From the NCBI GenBank assembly GCA_035063585.1, contig JAPSGB010000011.1, forward strand, positions 1 to 64,000: DNA of 64,000 nt. Reading direction: 5' to 3'. Each line of letters opens with the position of its first letter. The first letter of the stretch is position 1. This stretch comes from Polyangiaceae bacterium. GTDB lineage: Bacteria; Myxococcota_A; Polyangia; Polyangiales; Polyangiaceae. Made by a program: the position numbers and the translations under genes. This document shows, in pieces, positions 29,589 through 39,809 of this stretch. The notes beneath the pieces are model-generated. The model made no database searches, had not been told where the DNA came from, and saw nothing but the letters and a program-made list of their open reading frames with translations.

Positions 29589-32051
29589 ATGACCATGCGC
29601 TCCGTCTTCCCATTTTGCGGCGCGGTGCTCGTTTCCGCCTGGCTCCTCGCGGCCTGCTCGGACGACGACCCGAGCCCCCACCCGAGCTCGAGCTCAGGCA
29701 ACGACGCCGGCGATGCGGGCGGCGCGGGCGGTGATGGCGGGGCCGTTCGAGACGGTGGTGGCGGCGCGGGAGGTGGCGGCGCGGGCGGCGTCGGCGGAGG
29801 GGGAAGCGCGGGCGCGACTCCGACCGGGCCAGATCCGGGAGGGGGCTACATCGACGACCTCGAGACGCCGAACCCCTACCCGGGGGGCCGAGACTTCTTC
29901 GTCGACTCGGCGAGCGGCGACGACGCGCGGGCCGGCACCAGCCCGCAGGAGGCCTTCAAGACCTTGGCGAAGGTCGGAGGGAGCTTCCTCCAGCCGGGCG
30001 ATCGGGTGTTCCTGCGCCGAGGCTCGACCTTTCGAGAGACCCTCACCGTCGGCGTCGCGGGCACCGCCGAGGCGCCGATTACGTTCTCCGCGTACGGCGC
30101 GGGCCCGGCCCCCATCGTCACCGGGGCGGCGGTCGTCACCGGCTCTTGGGCGCCGGTGTCCGGCAAGATCCATCGCCTGCAGACCTCCGCCAAGATCGGC
30201 AGGGAGCTCCTCGTGGACCACGCCTTCATGACCGAGGCTCGCTACCCCAACGCGAGCCTCGCCGGGCGCGCCCGCTATCTATTCAAGGATGATCGGACCG
30301 GGCAGAGCTATCAGGTTCATCCCGCGGGCAAGCCCCGGCAATACTACCTCAAGGACTCCGACCTTCCGTCGTCGCCTCCGGGGGGAGGCTCGTTCGTGGG
30401 GAGCTCCCTCACGATCCGGAACAATAACTTCAGCTACGCGATCGGAAAAATCGTCGCCTACGACGACGCCTCGAAGACGCTCACGTTCGACCTCGACGCG
30501 TATGACTACGTGATCGTGTACGGCACCGAGCTCGATCCCGATCTGCCTCGGCTCGGTTGGGGCTATTTCATCTGGGGCTCGCCAGGGCTGGTCGATGAGC
30601 CGACCGAATGGAGCTTCGAGAACGGGGCGCTCACGCTGTGGGCCCCGAACGGTGCGGACCCGGCGGGTCGGCTCGTGGAGTATCTCGCGCGCGATCACGC
30701 GGTGAGCCTCGCGCCGGGCGCGAACTACATCAGGCTCGAGCACCTGGTGCTCGAAGGGGCGCGGCGAGCCGCCGTGGAGCTCGCCAACGGCGCGCGGGGG
30801 GTGACGCTCGAGCACTGCGAGCTCCGAAATTCCTACATCGGGGTCACTTCCTGGGAGGCTACCGAGCTCAGCATCCAGAAGAACTACTTCCACGACCTCC
30901 TCGAGCACGCCTCGGTCACCAGCGACGCGATCAGCGTCGAGTACGCGTACAACGAGCTGGAAGACATCGCGCTCTTCCCTGGCCAGGTCGCCTCGAACTG
31001 GAGCTACACCGGCGTCGAGATCAGCGGCAAGGAAGGCGTGGGGACGATGAACATGCATCACAACGAGCTCAGCCGCTTCGGCTACATCGCGATCGGGGGC
31101 GGTGGGAACGGGCTCATCGAGGACAACATCGTGCGAGATCCGATGATGATCCTCACCGACGGCGCCGGGATCTCCTGGGATCACATCGCGTACAACCAGC
31201 ACCTCGTCGTTCGGCACAACGTCGTCTTGAACGCCGTCGGAGACTCCGATTCCACGCCCGCGGAGCACTGGGACAGCGGAAGCCAGATGGGTCAGGGGCT
31301 ATACTTCGGAAATCACAGCCCGGCCAACACGACGGTGGAGGGAAACAGCGTGAAGGTCGCGTCGGGGACCTGTATGCTGGTGGATACCTCTCGGATCTCG
31401 GATGGGAGCGGGCGGAAGGTGGCGAGCGCGGGTCAGTCCATCAAAGACAACAAGTTCTTCGACTGCCGGCATTTCGGGATCGTCCTCACCGACCAGTCCG
31501 TCGGCCTATGGAACGGACGAGCGGATGGCGCGTGCAGCGGGACCAACGGCGCCTGCTTCGTCCCCGAGTGCGACAAGAACGTGACGGGGAACGAGGTCTA
31601 CACCATGCGGCCGGGCGCAGCGGGGCTCAGCTATTTCTATTGGTACAGTAACGCGAAGGGCGAGCTCATCGACTACGGCACCTCCGACCGCAACAAGATC
31701 TTCACCCCGGCGGCGGCCTATCAGCCGTTCACGACCCTCGCGCTCTACGATCTCTCGAGCCCGAAGGTGAACGTCTACACGCTCTCGCAATGGCAGGCGG
31801 CGATGGGCAAGGACATGAGCTCGAGCTCGAGCTCCGGGCGAGCGAACCTGGTCGACGATCCCGCGATGCGCGGCGCGATGATCGTGAACGACAGCTTCGC
31901 TCCGAAGACCTATTCGAGCGCGGAAGGGACGCTCGAGCGGTGCCTCTTTACGCTCACGGGCGCACCGGTAACGGATCCGCTGACCTTGCAGCCGCTCGAT
32001 TCCATCATCGTCGAGCGAGGGAAGCGGAACGCCGACGGCTCGTGTTTGTGA
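29589..32051 (+). CDS. Lipoprotein with right-handed parallel beta-helix (carbohydrate-active-like)
   Basis: Lipobox LAAC; Gly linker; FVDSASGDD...G.S...AFKT, PGD.V.L.RG, P.EW, IEDN.V.....L.DGAGI. Confidence 0.8.
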   Translation: MTMRSVFPFCGAVLVSAWLLAACSDDDPSPHPSSSSGNDAGDAGGAGGDGGAVRDGGGGAGGGGAGGVGGGGSAGATPTGPDPGGGYIDDLETPNPYPGGRDFFVDSASGDDARAGTSPQEAFKTLAKVGGSFLQPGDRVFLRRGSTFRETLTVGVAGTAEAPITFSAYGAGPAPIVTGAAVVTGSWAPVSGKIHRLQTSAKIGRELLVDHAFMTEARYPNASLAGRARYLFKDDRTGQSYQVHPAGKPRQYYLKDSDLPSSPPGGGSFVGSSLTIRNNNFSYAIGKIVAYDDASKTLTFDLDAYDYVIVYGTELDPDLPRLGWGYFIWGSPGLVDEPTEWSFENGALTLWAPNGADPAGRLVEYLARDHAVSLAPGANYIRLEHLVLEGARRAAVELANGARGVTLEHCELRNSYIGVTSWEATELSIQKNYFHDLLEHASVTSDAISVEYAYNELEDIALFPGQVASNWSYTGVEISGKEGVGTMNMHHNELSRFGYIAIGGGGNGLIEDNIVRDPMMILTDGAGISWDHIAYNQHLVVRHNVVLNAVGDSDSTPAEHWDSGSQMGQGLYFGNHSPANTTVEGNSVKVASGTCMLVDTSRISDGSGRKVASAGQSIKDNKFFDCRHFGIVLTDQSVGLWNGRADGACSGTNGACFVPECDKNVTGNEVYTMRPGAAGLSYFYWYSNAKGELIDYGTSDRNKIFTPAAAYQPFTTLALYDLSSPKVNVYTLSQWQAAMGKDMSSSSSSGRANLVDDPAMRGAMIVNDSFAPKTYSSAEGTLERCLFTLTGAPVTDPLTLQPLDSIIVERGKRNADGSCL

Positions 32052-32090
32052 GCCGCCTCGTTCGCCCCCCGCGCGAGCTCGCGGAGCTGC

Positions 32091-33128
32091 TCAGGGGCGC
32101 GCGCGCTCGGGCACCATCACCGCGGCGAAATCGTAGTCGCCCGCGTCCGGGAGCTCGGCCGCGCCTTCCACCACCGGGCGAACGCTCGCGACGCGCGCGC
32201 CATGGCGCCGAGCGAGGCGCGCCGGAACCGCTCGGCGGCGGCAGTGCTCGGCGCCCGCGATGATGACGAGCTGGCGTGCTGGCGCGCCCTCGGCGAGCCA
32301 CTCGGCGGCGGTGTCGGCGATGGCCTCGTCGCGGAGCACCTGCGCGAGGTAGAGGTGCTCGCGCGAGCCCGGGTGCGGGTGCTCGCGCATCGCGTGCTCG
32401 AAGGCGGCGTGGTGCTCGCGGTCCCGTAGGTCGAGCGCGGGGAGCTTCGCGCGCTCGGCGGGGTCGAGTGCGTCGAGGCCGCCCCGGGCGACGCGGCGCA
32501 CGAGCGAGTGCTCGACGTCGAGCGCGAGGAGCGGCGCGTCCGCGCGGCGCGCGGCGTCGACGAGCGGCTGGGTGAGCGCAAAATCGTAGCCCCAGCTCTT
32601 CTCCCAGCGGAGGCGCTCGCGGAGCTCGGCGTCGTCGATGGTGCCGTCGAGGTAGCGCTCGAGCTCGGGCTGGGCGGTCGACTGCACCATCTCGAGGCCG
32701 AGCCCGAGCGCGCGCCCGCTCATCTTCGCGAGCTCGCGCAGGCGGCGAAAGAGCTCGAGCTCGGCCCAGTGCGCGTGGACGTCATCGTGATCCTCGCCGA
32801 TGCAGATGGCGTCCGCCTCGGCGAGTCGAGCGGCGAGCCGATCGGGTTCGATGGCGAGCCCGGACTCGAGCACTACGCCGTGCAGGGGCAGCGCGGCGCG
32901 GTATACGGCGTCGGGGGCCAGCCCCTCGGACGGCTGGCGACGCCGCTCGGCGTCGCGCGCGCGCCGCTCGGCGGCCTCGCGCTCGACATCGGCACGCGCC
33001 TGCTCGGGCCCGACCGCGCCGATCGGCGCGAGCGCGCGCGGGGCGCAGCCCGTGAGCGAGGCGCCCGCGGAGATCGCGCCGAGGGTGAGGGCGGCGAGGG
33101 GAGCCAGGGCGGGGCGCATCGGCGTCAT
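32091..33128 (-). CDS. ChaN-family (DUF399) lipoprotein
   Basis: Lipobox LTGC; IGEDHD...H, GLEM, Q..L..Y..G, W...WGY, AQ.LRD..IA, GAEH. Confidence 0.85.
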   Translation of the reverse strand: MTPMRPALAPLAALTLGAISAGASLTGCAPRALAPIGAVGPEQARADVEREAAERRARDAERRRQPSEGLAPDAVYRAALPLHGVVLESGLAIEPDRLAARLAEADAICIGEDHDDVHAHWAELELFRRLRELAKMSGRALGLGLEMVQSTAQPELERYLDGTIDDAELRERLRWEKSWGYDFALTQPLVDAARRADAPLLALDVEHSLVRRVARGGLDALDPAERAKLPALDLRDREHHAAFEHAMREHPHPGSREHLYLAQVLRDEAIADTAAEWLAEGAPARQLVIIAGAEHCRRRAVPARLARRHGARVASVRPVVEGAAELPDAGDYDFAAVMVPERARP

Positions 33129-33153
33129 GGAATCGCCCGAGGCGGCGCTCCGG

Positions 33154-35637
33154 TCAATAGCCGCGAGCCAGGAGCTCCGCCGGCAAGAGCGAGCTCGGCG
33201 CGCCAGTCACCATGACCCAGAGCTGGTGCGCTGCGCGCGTGGCGGCGATGTGGAGCAGGTGGCGTGCCTCGTCGGTCGCCGGGTAGGTCGGCGCGCCCGC
33301 CTCGACGAGGACGACGTAGTCGAACTCGAGGCCCTTCACCTGGCGCACGTCGGTGACGTCGATGCCGGGCTTGAATGGGAAATCCTGGTCGGCGATGCGG
33401 CGCGCGTAGGGGACCTCCGCCTTGGCGAGCGCGTCGAAGTAGGCGTCCGCCTGCTCGGGGTAGCGCGCGATGACCGCCACCGACGCGCGCGGCTCGGCGG
33501 CGTAGAGCTCGCGGAGCGCCTCGGCGAGGAAGCCGCCCGCGTCGCCCGAGTGGGCGAAGGTGAAGAGCTCGACCGGCGCGCCGCTGCGGGTCGCGCGGCC
33601 TTCCTCCTGGCACGCGAGCGGGCCGAGCACGGCCTTCGAGAAATCGATGATCTCCTGCGTCGAGCGGTAGCTGATGCGGAGCGGCTCGACCTCGACGTGC
33701 GCGAGCCCGAGCTCGCCGAGCACGCCCGACCACGAGGTGAAGCCGTTATCCATGTGCAGGCGCTGCGAGACGTCCCCGGCGAGCGTGAGGCTCGAGCCGC
33801 GGCTCACCGTGCCCAGCACGACCGCGAGCTCGACCGGGCTGATGTCCTGGGCTTCGTCGATGAGGACGTGCTCGTAGACGAGCGGCTCCTTATTCTTCGC
33901 GCCGCTCCGGAGCGCGCCGCGGAGCTTCTGCGTGAGGCGGAGCAGGATGGCGTCGTCCTCGCGATCGAGCGCGGCGCTCGCCTCGAGCGCCTCGCCGTCG
34001 GCGCCGCGGGTGGGCTCGTCGGTGCCGTCGGGCCCCCGCGCGCCGCCGTCGTGACCGCGGCGGCGCTCCTCATCGAGCCGCTCGTCGAAGTCGCGATCGC
34101 GGTCGTCGCTGCGCTCGAGCGCGGCCTCCGCGCGCCGCTCGGCGCGCGCCTCGCGCTCGTCGGCGCGCCGCTCGAGCAGCGCGCCGAGGTCCGCCGAGCG
34201 CGCGGCGGACCAGGCGTGCGCGCGGTCGAGCTCGCCCTCGGTGAAGTCCCCGGGCGCGTGCAGGGCGAAGGCGCGTCCGAGCGCGGCGCGATCGGTCATG
34301 AGCTCGAAGAAGTGCGCGGTCACGTCGCGCGCCCCCGCGAGCCGCTCGGCGACCAGCCGCTCGAGCGCGACGCGCTCGTCGGTGGGGAGCGCGCGCCCGG
34401 CGGGCTCGCCGAGCCAGCGCTCGAGCCCGTGCAGGCGGTGCGCGAACGGACGCCCGCCGCTCTTCTGCCACTCGCGCAGGGCGGCGGGCGCCCGCGCGAG
34501 CTCGCGCGCGACCTCGACCTCGAGCGCCGCGACGTAGGCGTCCACCGCGCGGAGCATCGCCGCGTGCTTCTTCACGCGCGTGACCACGCCGGGCGTCTCG
34601 TCGGTCGAGTGTCGCGGGAGCCTCGGGAAGTGCGCGACGCGCAGCTTGCGCGCGAAGTCGGTGAAGGTGCGGATCGCCACGCCGTCGATGCCGAGCGCCG
34701 GCAAGACCTGCGAGATGTACCGCGCGAGCGCCTCGTTGAAGACGATGACGAGGAGTTTGTCGGGGCGGAAGCGCCGGCGATCCTGGAAGGCGAGGTACGC
34801 CATGCGGTGGAGCCCGATGGTCGTCTTGCCGCTGCCCGCGCCGCCCTGGATGACGACCAGCCCCGAGTCCGGCCGCGTGATGAGCTCGAACTGACGGCGA
34901 TCGATGAGCGCGGTGATCTCGGCGAGGTGGGTGTCCTCGCGGCCGACGTCGCCGCCGACGCCGAGCTTGCCCGGCCGGCGCGGCTCCGGTCGAGCGGCGG
35001 TGCCCTGGCCCCCCGCGAGCCGCAGCGCGTCCGCGCTCACCGTGCGCCAGCCCGAGGCGGAGCGCACGTAGGTGCCCTGCGGCGCGATGATCCGCTTGAG
35101 CTCGCCGCCCACGATGGTCACGCTCCGGCGCGTGAGCACGGTGCCCGTGAGCTCGCGCTCGCCGAACACCTCCTCGTACTCCTCGCCCTCCTCGCAGCGG
35201 TAGTAGATCCGGCTCACCGGCGCGTCGCGCCAGTCGACGATGCGGACCGCGCTCTTCGTGTCGAGGTAGGTGCTGCGCCCGATGAGCACCTCGCGGCGAC
35301 GCCCGTTCTCTTCCAGCACCAAGTGGCCGAAGTAGGGCGAGCGCGCGTCGGCGACCCCCTCGACGACCTCACGCCGGCGCGCCGCGGTTTGCATGAGCCG
35401 CTCCATCTGCTCGACCAGCGGGGGCACGTCCTCGAGGCGCGCCGCGGCGATCTGGTCGCGGAGCGAGATGAGCTCCGCGTCGTAGTCGAAGCTCTGCCGC
35501 TCGCGCGGGCGGGCGGCGCGCTCGCGGAGGTGGTCGAGCACGCGCGCGAGGCAGCGCTCCTCTTCGGCGACGATGCGGTCGCGCTCGGGGTCGTCGCTCG
35601 CGGGGGGGCACGCGAGTTCGGTGCGAGGTTCGGTCAA
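33154..35637 (-). CDS. HelD-like superfamily-1 (UvrD-type) helicase/ATPase
   Basis: PYFG, VDWR.AP.S..YY, QGGAGSGKTT..LHR.AYL, DEAQD, GD..Q, SYRST.EI, KGLEFD, TRA. Start uncertain. Confidence 0.88.
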   Translation of the reverse strand: MTEPRTELACPPASDDPERDRIVAEEERCLARVLDHLRERAARPRERQSFDYDAELISLRDQIAAARLEDVPPLVEQMERLMQTAARRREVVEGVADARSPYFGHLVLEENGRRREVLIGRSTYLDTKSAVRIVDWRDAPVSRIYYRCEEGEEYEEVFGERELTGTVLTRRSVTIVGGELKRIIAPQGTYVRSASGWRTVSADALRLAGGQGTAARPEPRRPGKLGVGGDVGREDTHLAEITALIDRRQFELITRPDSGLVVIQGGAGSGKTTIGLHRMAYLAFQDRRRFRPDKLLVIVFNEALARYISQVLPALGIDGVAIRTFTDFARKLRVAHFPRLPRHSTDETPGVVTRVKKHAAMLRAVDAYVAALEVEVARELARAPAALREWQKSGGRPFAHRLHGLERWLGEPAGRALPTDERVALERLVAERLAGARDVTAHFFELMTDRAALGRAFALHAPGDFTEGELDRAHAWSAARSADLGALLERRADEREARAERRAEAALERSDDRDRDFDERLDEERRRGHDGGARGPDGTDEPTRGADGEALEASAALDREDDAILLRLTQKLRGALRSGAKNKEPLVYEHVLIDEAQDISPVELAVVLGTVSRGSSLTLAGDVSQRLHMDNGFTSWSGVLGELGLAHVEVEPLRISYRSTQEIIDFSKAVLGPLACQEEGRATRSGAPVELFTFAHSGDAGGFLAEALRELYAAEPRASVAVIARYPEQADAYFDALAKAEVPYARRIADQDFPFKPGIDVTDVRQVKGLEFDYVVLVEAGAPTYPATDEARHLLHIAATRAAHQLWVMVTGAPSSLLPAELLARGY

Positions 35638-35918
35638 GAGGCTCGGGGCTCCGTCGAGAGGCGCCCGAGCCGGCGCGGCCGGGCGACGGAGGCCCCTACC
35701 ATTTGCCCGCCCGAGCCGCACCACCGACGCGCCGCCGCGACGGGTCGCCGGCCGCGCCGCAACGACGACACGATCAGGGCCGCGAGCGCGCGGTCACCCT
35801 CGCGTCGCTTCCCGGGATGGTCTGCCCGGCGCGGCCGGCGGCGCGTGGAGGAGCGCGGTGGTAGGCTCGCGGCGTCGCCGCCCGCGGCGGTTCGCGCGCG
35901 GCGAGGAGGCACGCGGCG

Positions 35919-36914
35919 ATGACCGAGACGATGCGCGCGATGGTGCTCGAGGAGCCGGGGCGCGAGCTCGTGCTCCGCGAGCTCGCGCGCCCCGAGCCCG
36001 GGCCCGGCGAGCTCGTGGTGCGGGTCGAGGCGTGCGGGGTGTGCCGCACCGATCTGCACGTCCGCGACGGCGAGCTGCCGCGCGCGAAGCGGCCGCTGGT
36101 GCCAGGGCATCAAATCGTCGGCCGGGTGACCGCGCTCGGCGATGGCGTCCGCGAGCACGCGCTCGGCGACCGGGTCGGGATCGCGTGGCTCGGCGGCGCG
36201 TGCGGCGCGTGCCGGTTCTGCGCGAGCGGCCGCGAGAACCTCTGCGACGAGGCGCGCTTCACCGGCTACCAGCTCGACGGCGGCTACGCGGAGTACGCGC
36301 GCGCGCGGGCGCGCTTCGCGTTCCCGCTCGCCGGCGCCGGCGAGGCCGCCGAGCTCGCGCCGCTGCTCTGCGCGGGGCTCATCGGGTACCGCGCGCTCCG
36401 CATGTGCGGGAGCGCCACGCGGCTCGGGCTCTACGGCTTCGGCTCGGCCGCGCACCTCGTCGCGCAGCTCGCGCGCGCCGACGGCCGGCGCGTGTTCGCC
36501 GTCACGCGCCCCGGCGATCGAGCGACGTGGGAGTTCGCGCGGTCGCTCGGCGCCGAGTGGGCGGGCGGCACGGACGAGCCGCTCCCCGAGCCGCTCGACG
36601 CGGCGATCTTGTTCGCGCCGGCGGGCGAGCTCGTGCCGCTCGCGCTCCGCGCGGTCGACAAGGGCGGCGTGGTCGTGTGCGCCGGGATCCACATGAGCGA
36701 GGTGCCCGCCTTCCCCTACGAGCTGCTCTGGGGCGAGCGCGTGCTCCGCTCGGTCGCCAACCTGACGCGCGCCGACGGCTCGGAGCTCCTCGAGCGGGTG
36801 GCGCGCACCCCGCTCCGCGTCGAAGCGCGCCGCTACCCGCTCGAGGCCGCCAACCGCGCCCTCGCCGAGCTCCGCGCCGGCCGCTTCCGCGGATCGGCGG
36901 TGCTCACGATGTGA
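35919..36914 (+). CDS. Zinc-dependent alcohol dehydrogenase
   Basis: CGVCRTDLH, GHQIVG, CGACRFC...ENLC, LLCAGLIG, YGFG. Confidence 0.95.
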   Translation: MTETMRAMVLEEPGRELVLRELARPEPGPGELVVRVEACGVCRTDLHVRDGELPRAKRPLVPGHQIVGRVTALGDGVREHALGDRVGIAWLGGACGACRFCASGRENLCDEARFTGYQLDGGYAEYARARARFAFPLAGAGEAAELAPLLCAGLIGYRALRMCGSATRLGLYGFGSAAHLVAQLARADGRRVFAVTRPGDRATWEFARSLGAEWAGGTDEPLPEPLDAAILFAPAGELVPLALRAVDKGGVVVCAGIHMSEVPAFPYELLWGERVLRSVANLTRADGSELLERVARTPLRVEARRYPLEAANRALAELRAGRFRGSAVLTM

Positions 36915-36968
36915 GGGCGCGCGCGCTCACGGGCGGCTCGGGGCTCGCCGGCGAGCCGCGCGGCTCGG

Positions 36969-37304
36969 CTAACGGTAGGGCACGCAGGTCATGCGCCCGT
37001 ACCCAGCGTCCCACGCAAGCCCGTCGTCGGTCTCGCTCACGTCGTAGCACCCGTGCGTGAAGCAGAGCTGCCCGGTCGCGCAGTCGATGGTGCCCGCGTT
37101 CGGCTCCAGGGTGACGTCGCACGAAGCGCCGTGAGACGCGCCGACGTCGAGGAACATGCCCTCGAACCCCTCGACGCTGCAGGTGAGCCTGCGCGGCGTG
37201 CACGCCGCGCAGGCGGGTGGGTCGGGCGTCGCGGCGTCGTCCCCGCACCCCGCCGCGCCGAGCGCGAGCGCCATGAACGCGAACCTCAAGCTCGAACGAA
37301 CCAT
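36969..37304 (-). CDS. Small Cys-rich lipoprotein (111 aa)
   Basis: GGAGG before ATG 37304; lipobox AAGC; 8 further Cys. Confidence 0.75.
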   Translation of the reverse strand: MVRSSLRFAFMALALGAAGCGDDAATPDPPACAACTPRRLTCSVEGFEGMFLDVGASHGASCDVTLEPNAGTIDCATGQLCFTHGCYDVSETDDGLAWDAGYGRMTCVPYR

Positions 37305-37335
37305 CTGAACCTCCCAGACTCGGCGGCGAACCCCC

Positions 37336-38241
37336 TCAGCGACGCGTCGCGGGCGCCGGTAGCCGCTCGCTCCAGAGCGCCTCGTCCGGTGAGGTCTGCA
37401 GGCGCGCAAAGTCACTCGCTTCCAGCTTCAGCAGGGTCCCTCCTCCGGCCGGATCATCGAGGGTCAAGAATGCGCGCGCCTCCCCGACGGAGCGTGTCGA
37501 GCCTCTCGCCGCATCAGGCAAGCGAACTACGAGCTCAGCCGGCATCGTACGGGTAGAGACCGCGATGGTCGCGTCGTTCGAGAGCCACGGCTCAGCGCCG
37601 TTCCAGCACTTCGCTCCTCGAAGCACGCATGTTCCGCCTCCGGCCCCATCTCCCAACACCCTCGCAGCTTCCCCGAGGGTCGCCAGATCGACCGGCTCGC
37701 TGAACTCCAAAGTCACCGGATCACCCGCCTTGGCATCGACCGGGACCGAGATCCCGACGACGTGCGGCGCGCTCCCCGTGAAGAAGTGAGTCGACCATGT
37801 TCCCGCCTTCGGCGGCGCGAGGGGATCTTGGACGGTCACGTCGCGGTCGACCGAGACGACGAGCCAATACCAGGTGTCGGCGCGAAGCTCCACCTCCGGG
37901 GTCAGCTCGATGACCGACTCCGCCGGCGTTCGGCCGTGACTCACCCGCGCGATCGCGCCGGTCACCGCGCCGTCCGACTCCACATACTGAGCGCGTTTCT
38001 GGAGGTCCCGGGCGAGCGCGTCCTCATCACCGACCAACGGGAGCGAGAACGCCACCATCCCCGTCGAGCTCGTCTCACCGTGCCGAGTGCGCACGCCGAG
38101 GCTCGCCGGGCCGGGCAAGCCCGAGTCTCCAACCCCGCTCTGATCCGCGCCAGTCGACGCCTTCCCTAGGGTATCCTGGTTCTCGCACGCGAGGATCGTT
38201 CCCGATATCAACCCAGCGACTACGATCAGCTTTGTTTCCAT
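37336..38241 (-). CDS. Lipoprotein with Ig-like (Big_5-like) domains
   Basis: METKLIVVAGLISGTILAC lipobox; LTP...L...T.Y.L.V and LEFSEPVD motifs; lower GC than the flanks. Confidence 0.72.
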   Translation of the reverse strand: METKLIVVAGLISGTILACENQDTLGKASTGADQSGVGDSGLPGPASLGVRTRHGETSSTGMVAFSLPLVGDEDALARDLQKRAQYVESDGAVTGAIARVSHGRTPAESVIELTPEVELRADTWYWLVVSVDRDVTVQDPLAPPKAGTWSTHFFTGSAPHVVGISVPVDAKAGDPVTLEFSEPVDLATLGEAARVLGDGAGGGTCVLRGAKCWNGAEPWLSNDATIAVSTRTMPAELVVRLPDAARGSTRSVGEARAFLTLDDPAGGGTLLKLEASDFARLQTSPDEALWSERLPAPATRR

Positions 38242-38252
38242 GGCCTTCCCTT

Positions 38253-39809
38253 TCATTGAAATGCAGTGCCCAAAGTCGACGCGTTTCGAGTATTTCGATA
38301 AAATACTCTGCCAGGCTGCGAGGACTGCGTATCTTGATTCGGCGGAGTCGCAACAAACTGACCCGGATAATGAGCTGGTGCCCGCGCCCAATTCGTTCCA
38401 CTCGCTGAGCAATCGTATCCAGGTAGCGGTCCGTTGGTGCTTGCACCCCACTCCTGGCAGTGATTAAGCCCGACACACCACTTGTCTGAATTCGAATTTG
38501 GGCCATTCATGACAGAGTGCCCGCAGAACCAGCTGCCCGGGCCATCCGGATTATATTCGTTAGCCAAGCCAAAGCGGCTGTGACCCAGCTCGTGCGCGAT
38601 CACCAGTGATGCCGAGTCGGGGGAGTTGTAGTTCGCGCACGAATGGTACGCGACTCGGACGACCGTTCCGCTCGTTTGACCCACCGTGCAATAGTCACCT
38701 GCGCAAGGTGTGGTCATACATATATCACAACTTGAATCGCTCGTGCAAAACTGACTGCAATAATCCGGAATGTTCTTGAATGTAATCTTAGTTGGCTGAT
38801 AGTTTCCGTGGCTCATATGTTCAAGCCGAAGAAGCGATTTCTTGAGAGTGTCAATGACCTTGTTCTGGTTCAGGGATATCGCCATATTCACGCCAGGCGT
38901 GCAAACTGTCAACGAGGGAGTCATTACTCCGACCTTGGCATTATCAGCACGGAGCACGAAGTGCCCAGCTCCTGAATAACTTCGTATTCCTAAGTAAATA
39001 GCTCGTGCAACAGGTGATGACGGAATAACAACTGACGCGCCTGCGCCGTCAAGCGTTCCGCTGAGATTCGCCGCTGTATCTCGCCAGGTGTAACTTGAGT
39101 TGTCTGGTAATGCTGTTGACGTACTTGCGTACAAATCGAAATCAGCCGAACTCGTGTTCGCTGCCGGTACGGTCACGCTCACCATCAAGCGAGTGTTGGG
39201 GAGTTGTAACGTATTGACATAAATTACATCTCCAGAATCAATAAGAATACCGTCAATTCGCTCGTTAATTGGGACGTACCCTCGATTAAACGTCGGCTGA
39301 CGCTCGACCAAACACGTGGCATTTATTTTGCTAATTCTTGGGATTCCCAGGTAATTAATGGATCCATCGCTATGCCATGTCACACGGTAACGTGGTGCCT
39401 GTGGCCCTGTGAGTATCGGTGCCGTTAAAACCCATCCTGTACCGAGGTTTCCCGTTAGGGTTAGATCACCACCTGAATATGCAAGTTTCAGAAAGTCCCA
39501 GTTTGTTTCGGTTCTGAAATCGACATAGCTTTGCTTTAGCCAGCGGACGTTTGAGTTGACCATGACGGTCCACGAATAGTCCTCACGCAACGCGTATCTG
39601 CCCGCGGCATTGACGTCATAGTTATAGTCCGTCGCCCCCAGATCAACTGGTATATCCGGGCCAGCACCCAGCGATGGGCAGGTCGCCTGTACGAACGCGG
39701 CGTGTGCCGATCCACTAACAGCGATTACCGCCGCAGCAACCGCAGCGCTTAGACAGTGCGTGCCCCGTGCCCCGTGCCCCGTGCCCCGTGCCCCGTAGCC
39801 GTTGATCAT
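38253..39809 (-). CDS. Secreted zinc metalloprotease: CUB-like + PPC-like + CLCA/M6-like catalytic domain
   Basis: Signal peptide ending AHA-A; DFRTETNWDFL and WHSDGS (CUB-like); ADFDLY and YLGIRSY (PPC-like); HELGHSRFGLANEY...SVM; GC near 50% by eye. Confidence 0.75.
   Translation of the reverse strand: MINGYGARGTGHGARGTHCLSAAVAAAVIAVSGSAHAAFVQATCPSLGAGPDIPVDLGATDYNYDVNAAGRYALREDYSWTVMVNSNVRWLKQSYVDFRTETNWDFLKLAYSGGDLTLTGNLGTGWVLTAPILTGPQAPRYRVTWHSDGSINYLGIPRISKINATCLVERQPTFNRGYVPINERIDGILIDSGDVIYVNTLQLPNTRLMVSVTVPAANTSSADFDLYASTSTALPDNSSYTWRDTAANLSGTLDGAGASVVIPSSPVARAIYLGIRSYSGAGHFVLRADNAKVGVMTPSLTVCTPGVNMAISLNQNKVIDTLKKSLLRLEHMSHGNYQPTKITFKNIPDYCSQFCTSDSSCDICMTTPCAGDYCTVGQTSGTVVRVAYHSCANYNSPDSASLVIAHELGHSRFGLANEYNPDGPGSWFCGHSVMNGPNSNSDKWCVGLNHCQEWGASTNGPLPGYDCSASGTNWARAPAHYPGQFVATPPNQDTQSSQPGRVFYRNTRNASTLGTAFQ
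39760..39796. repeat. 7-bp tandem repeat (GTGCCCC)x5 near the protease start codon
   Basis: Five exact copies plus GT, within codons ~5-17. Confidence 0.95.

Noticed and set aside
32800..35922. 1040-aa plus-strand ORF and many similar long overlapping ORFs (e.g. 4259-6886, 54051-56624)
   Set aside because: Antisense or off-frame shadows of recognisable genes, expected in stop-poor high-GC DNA.
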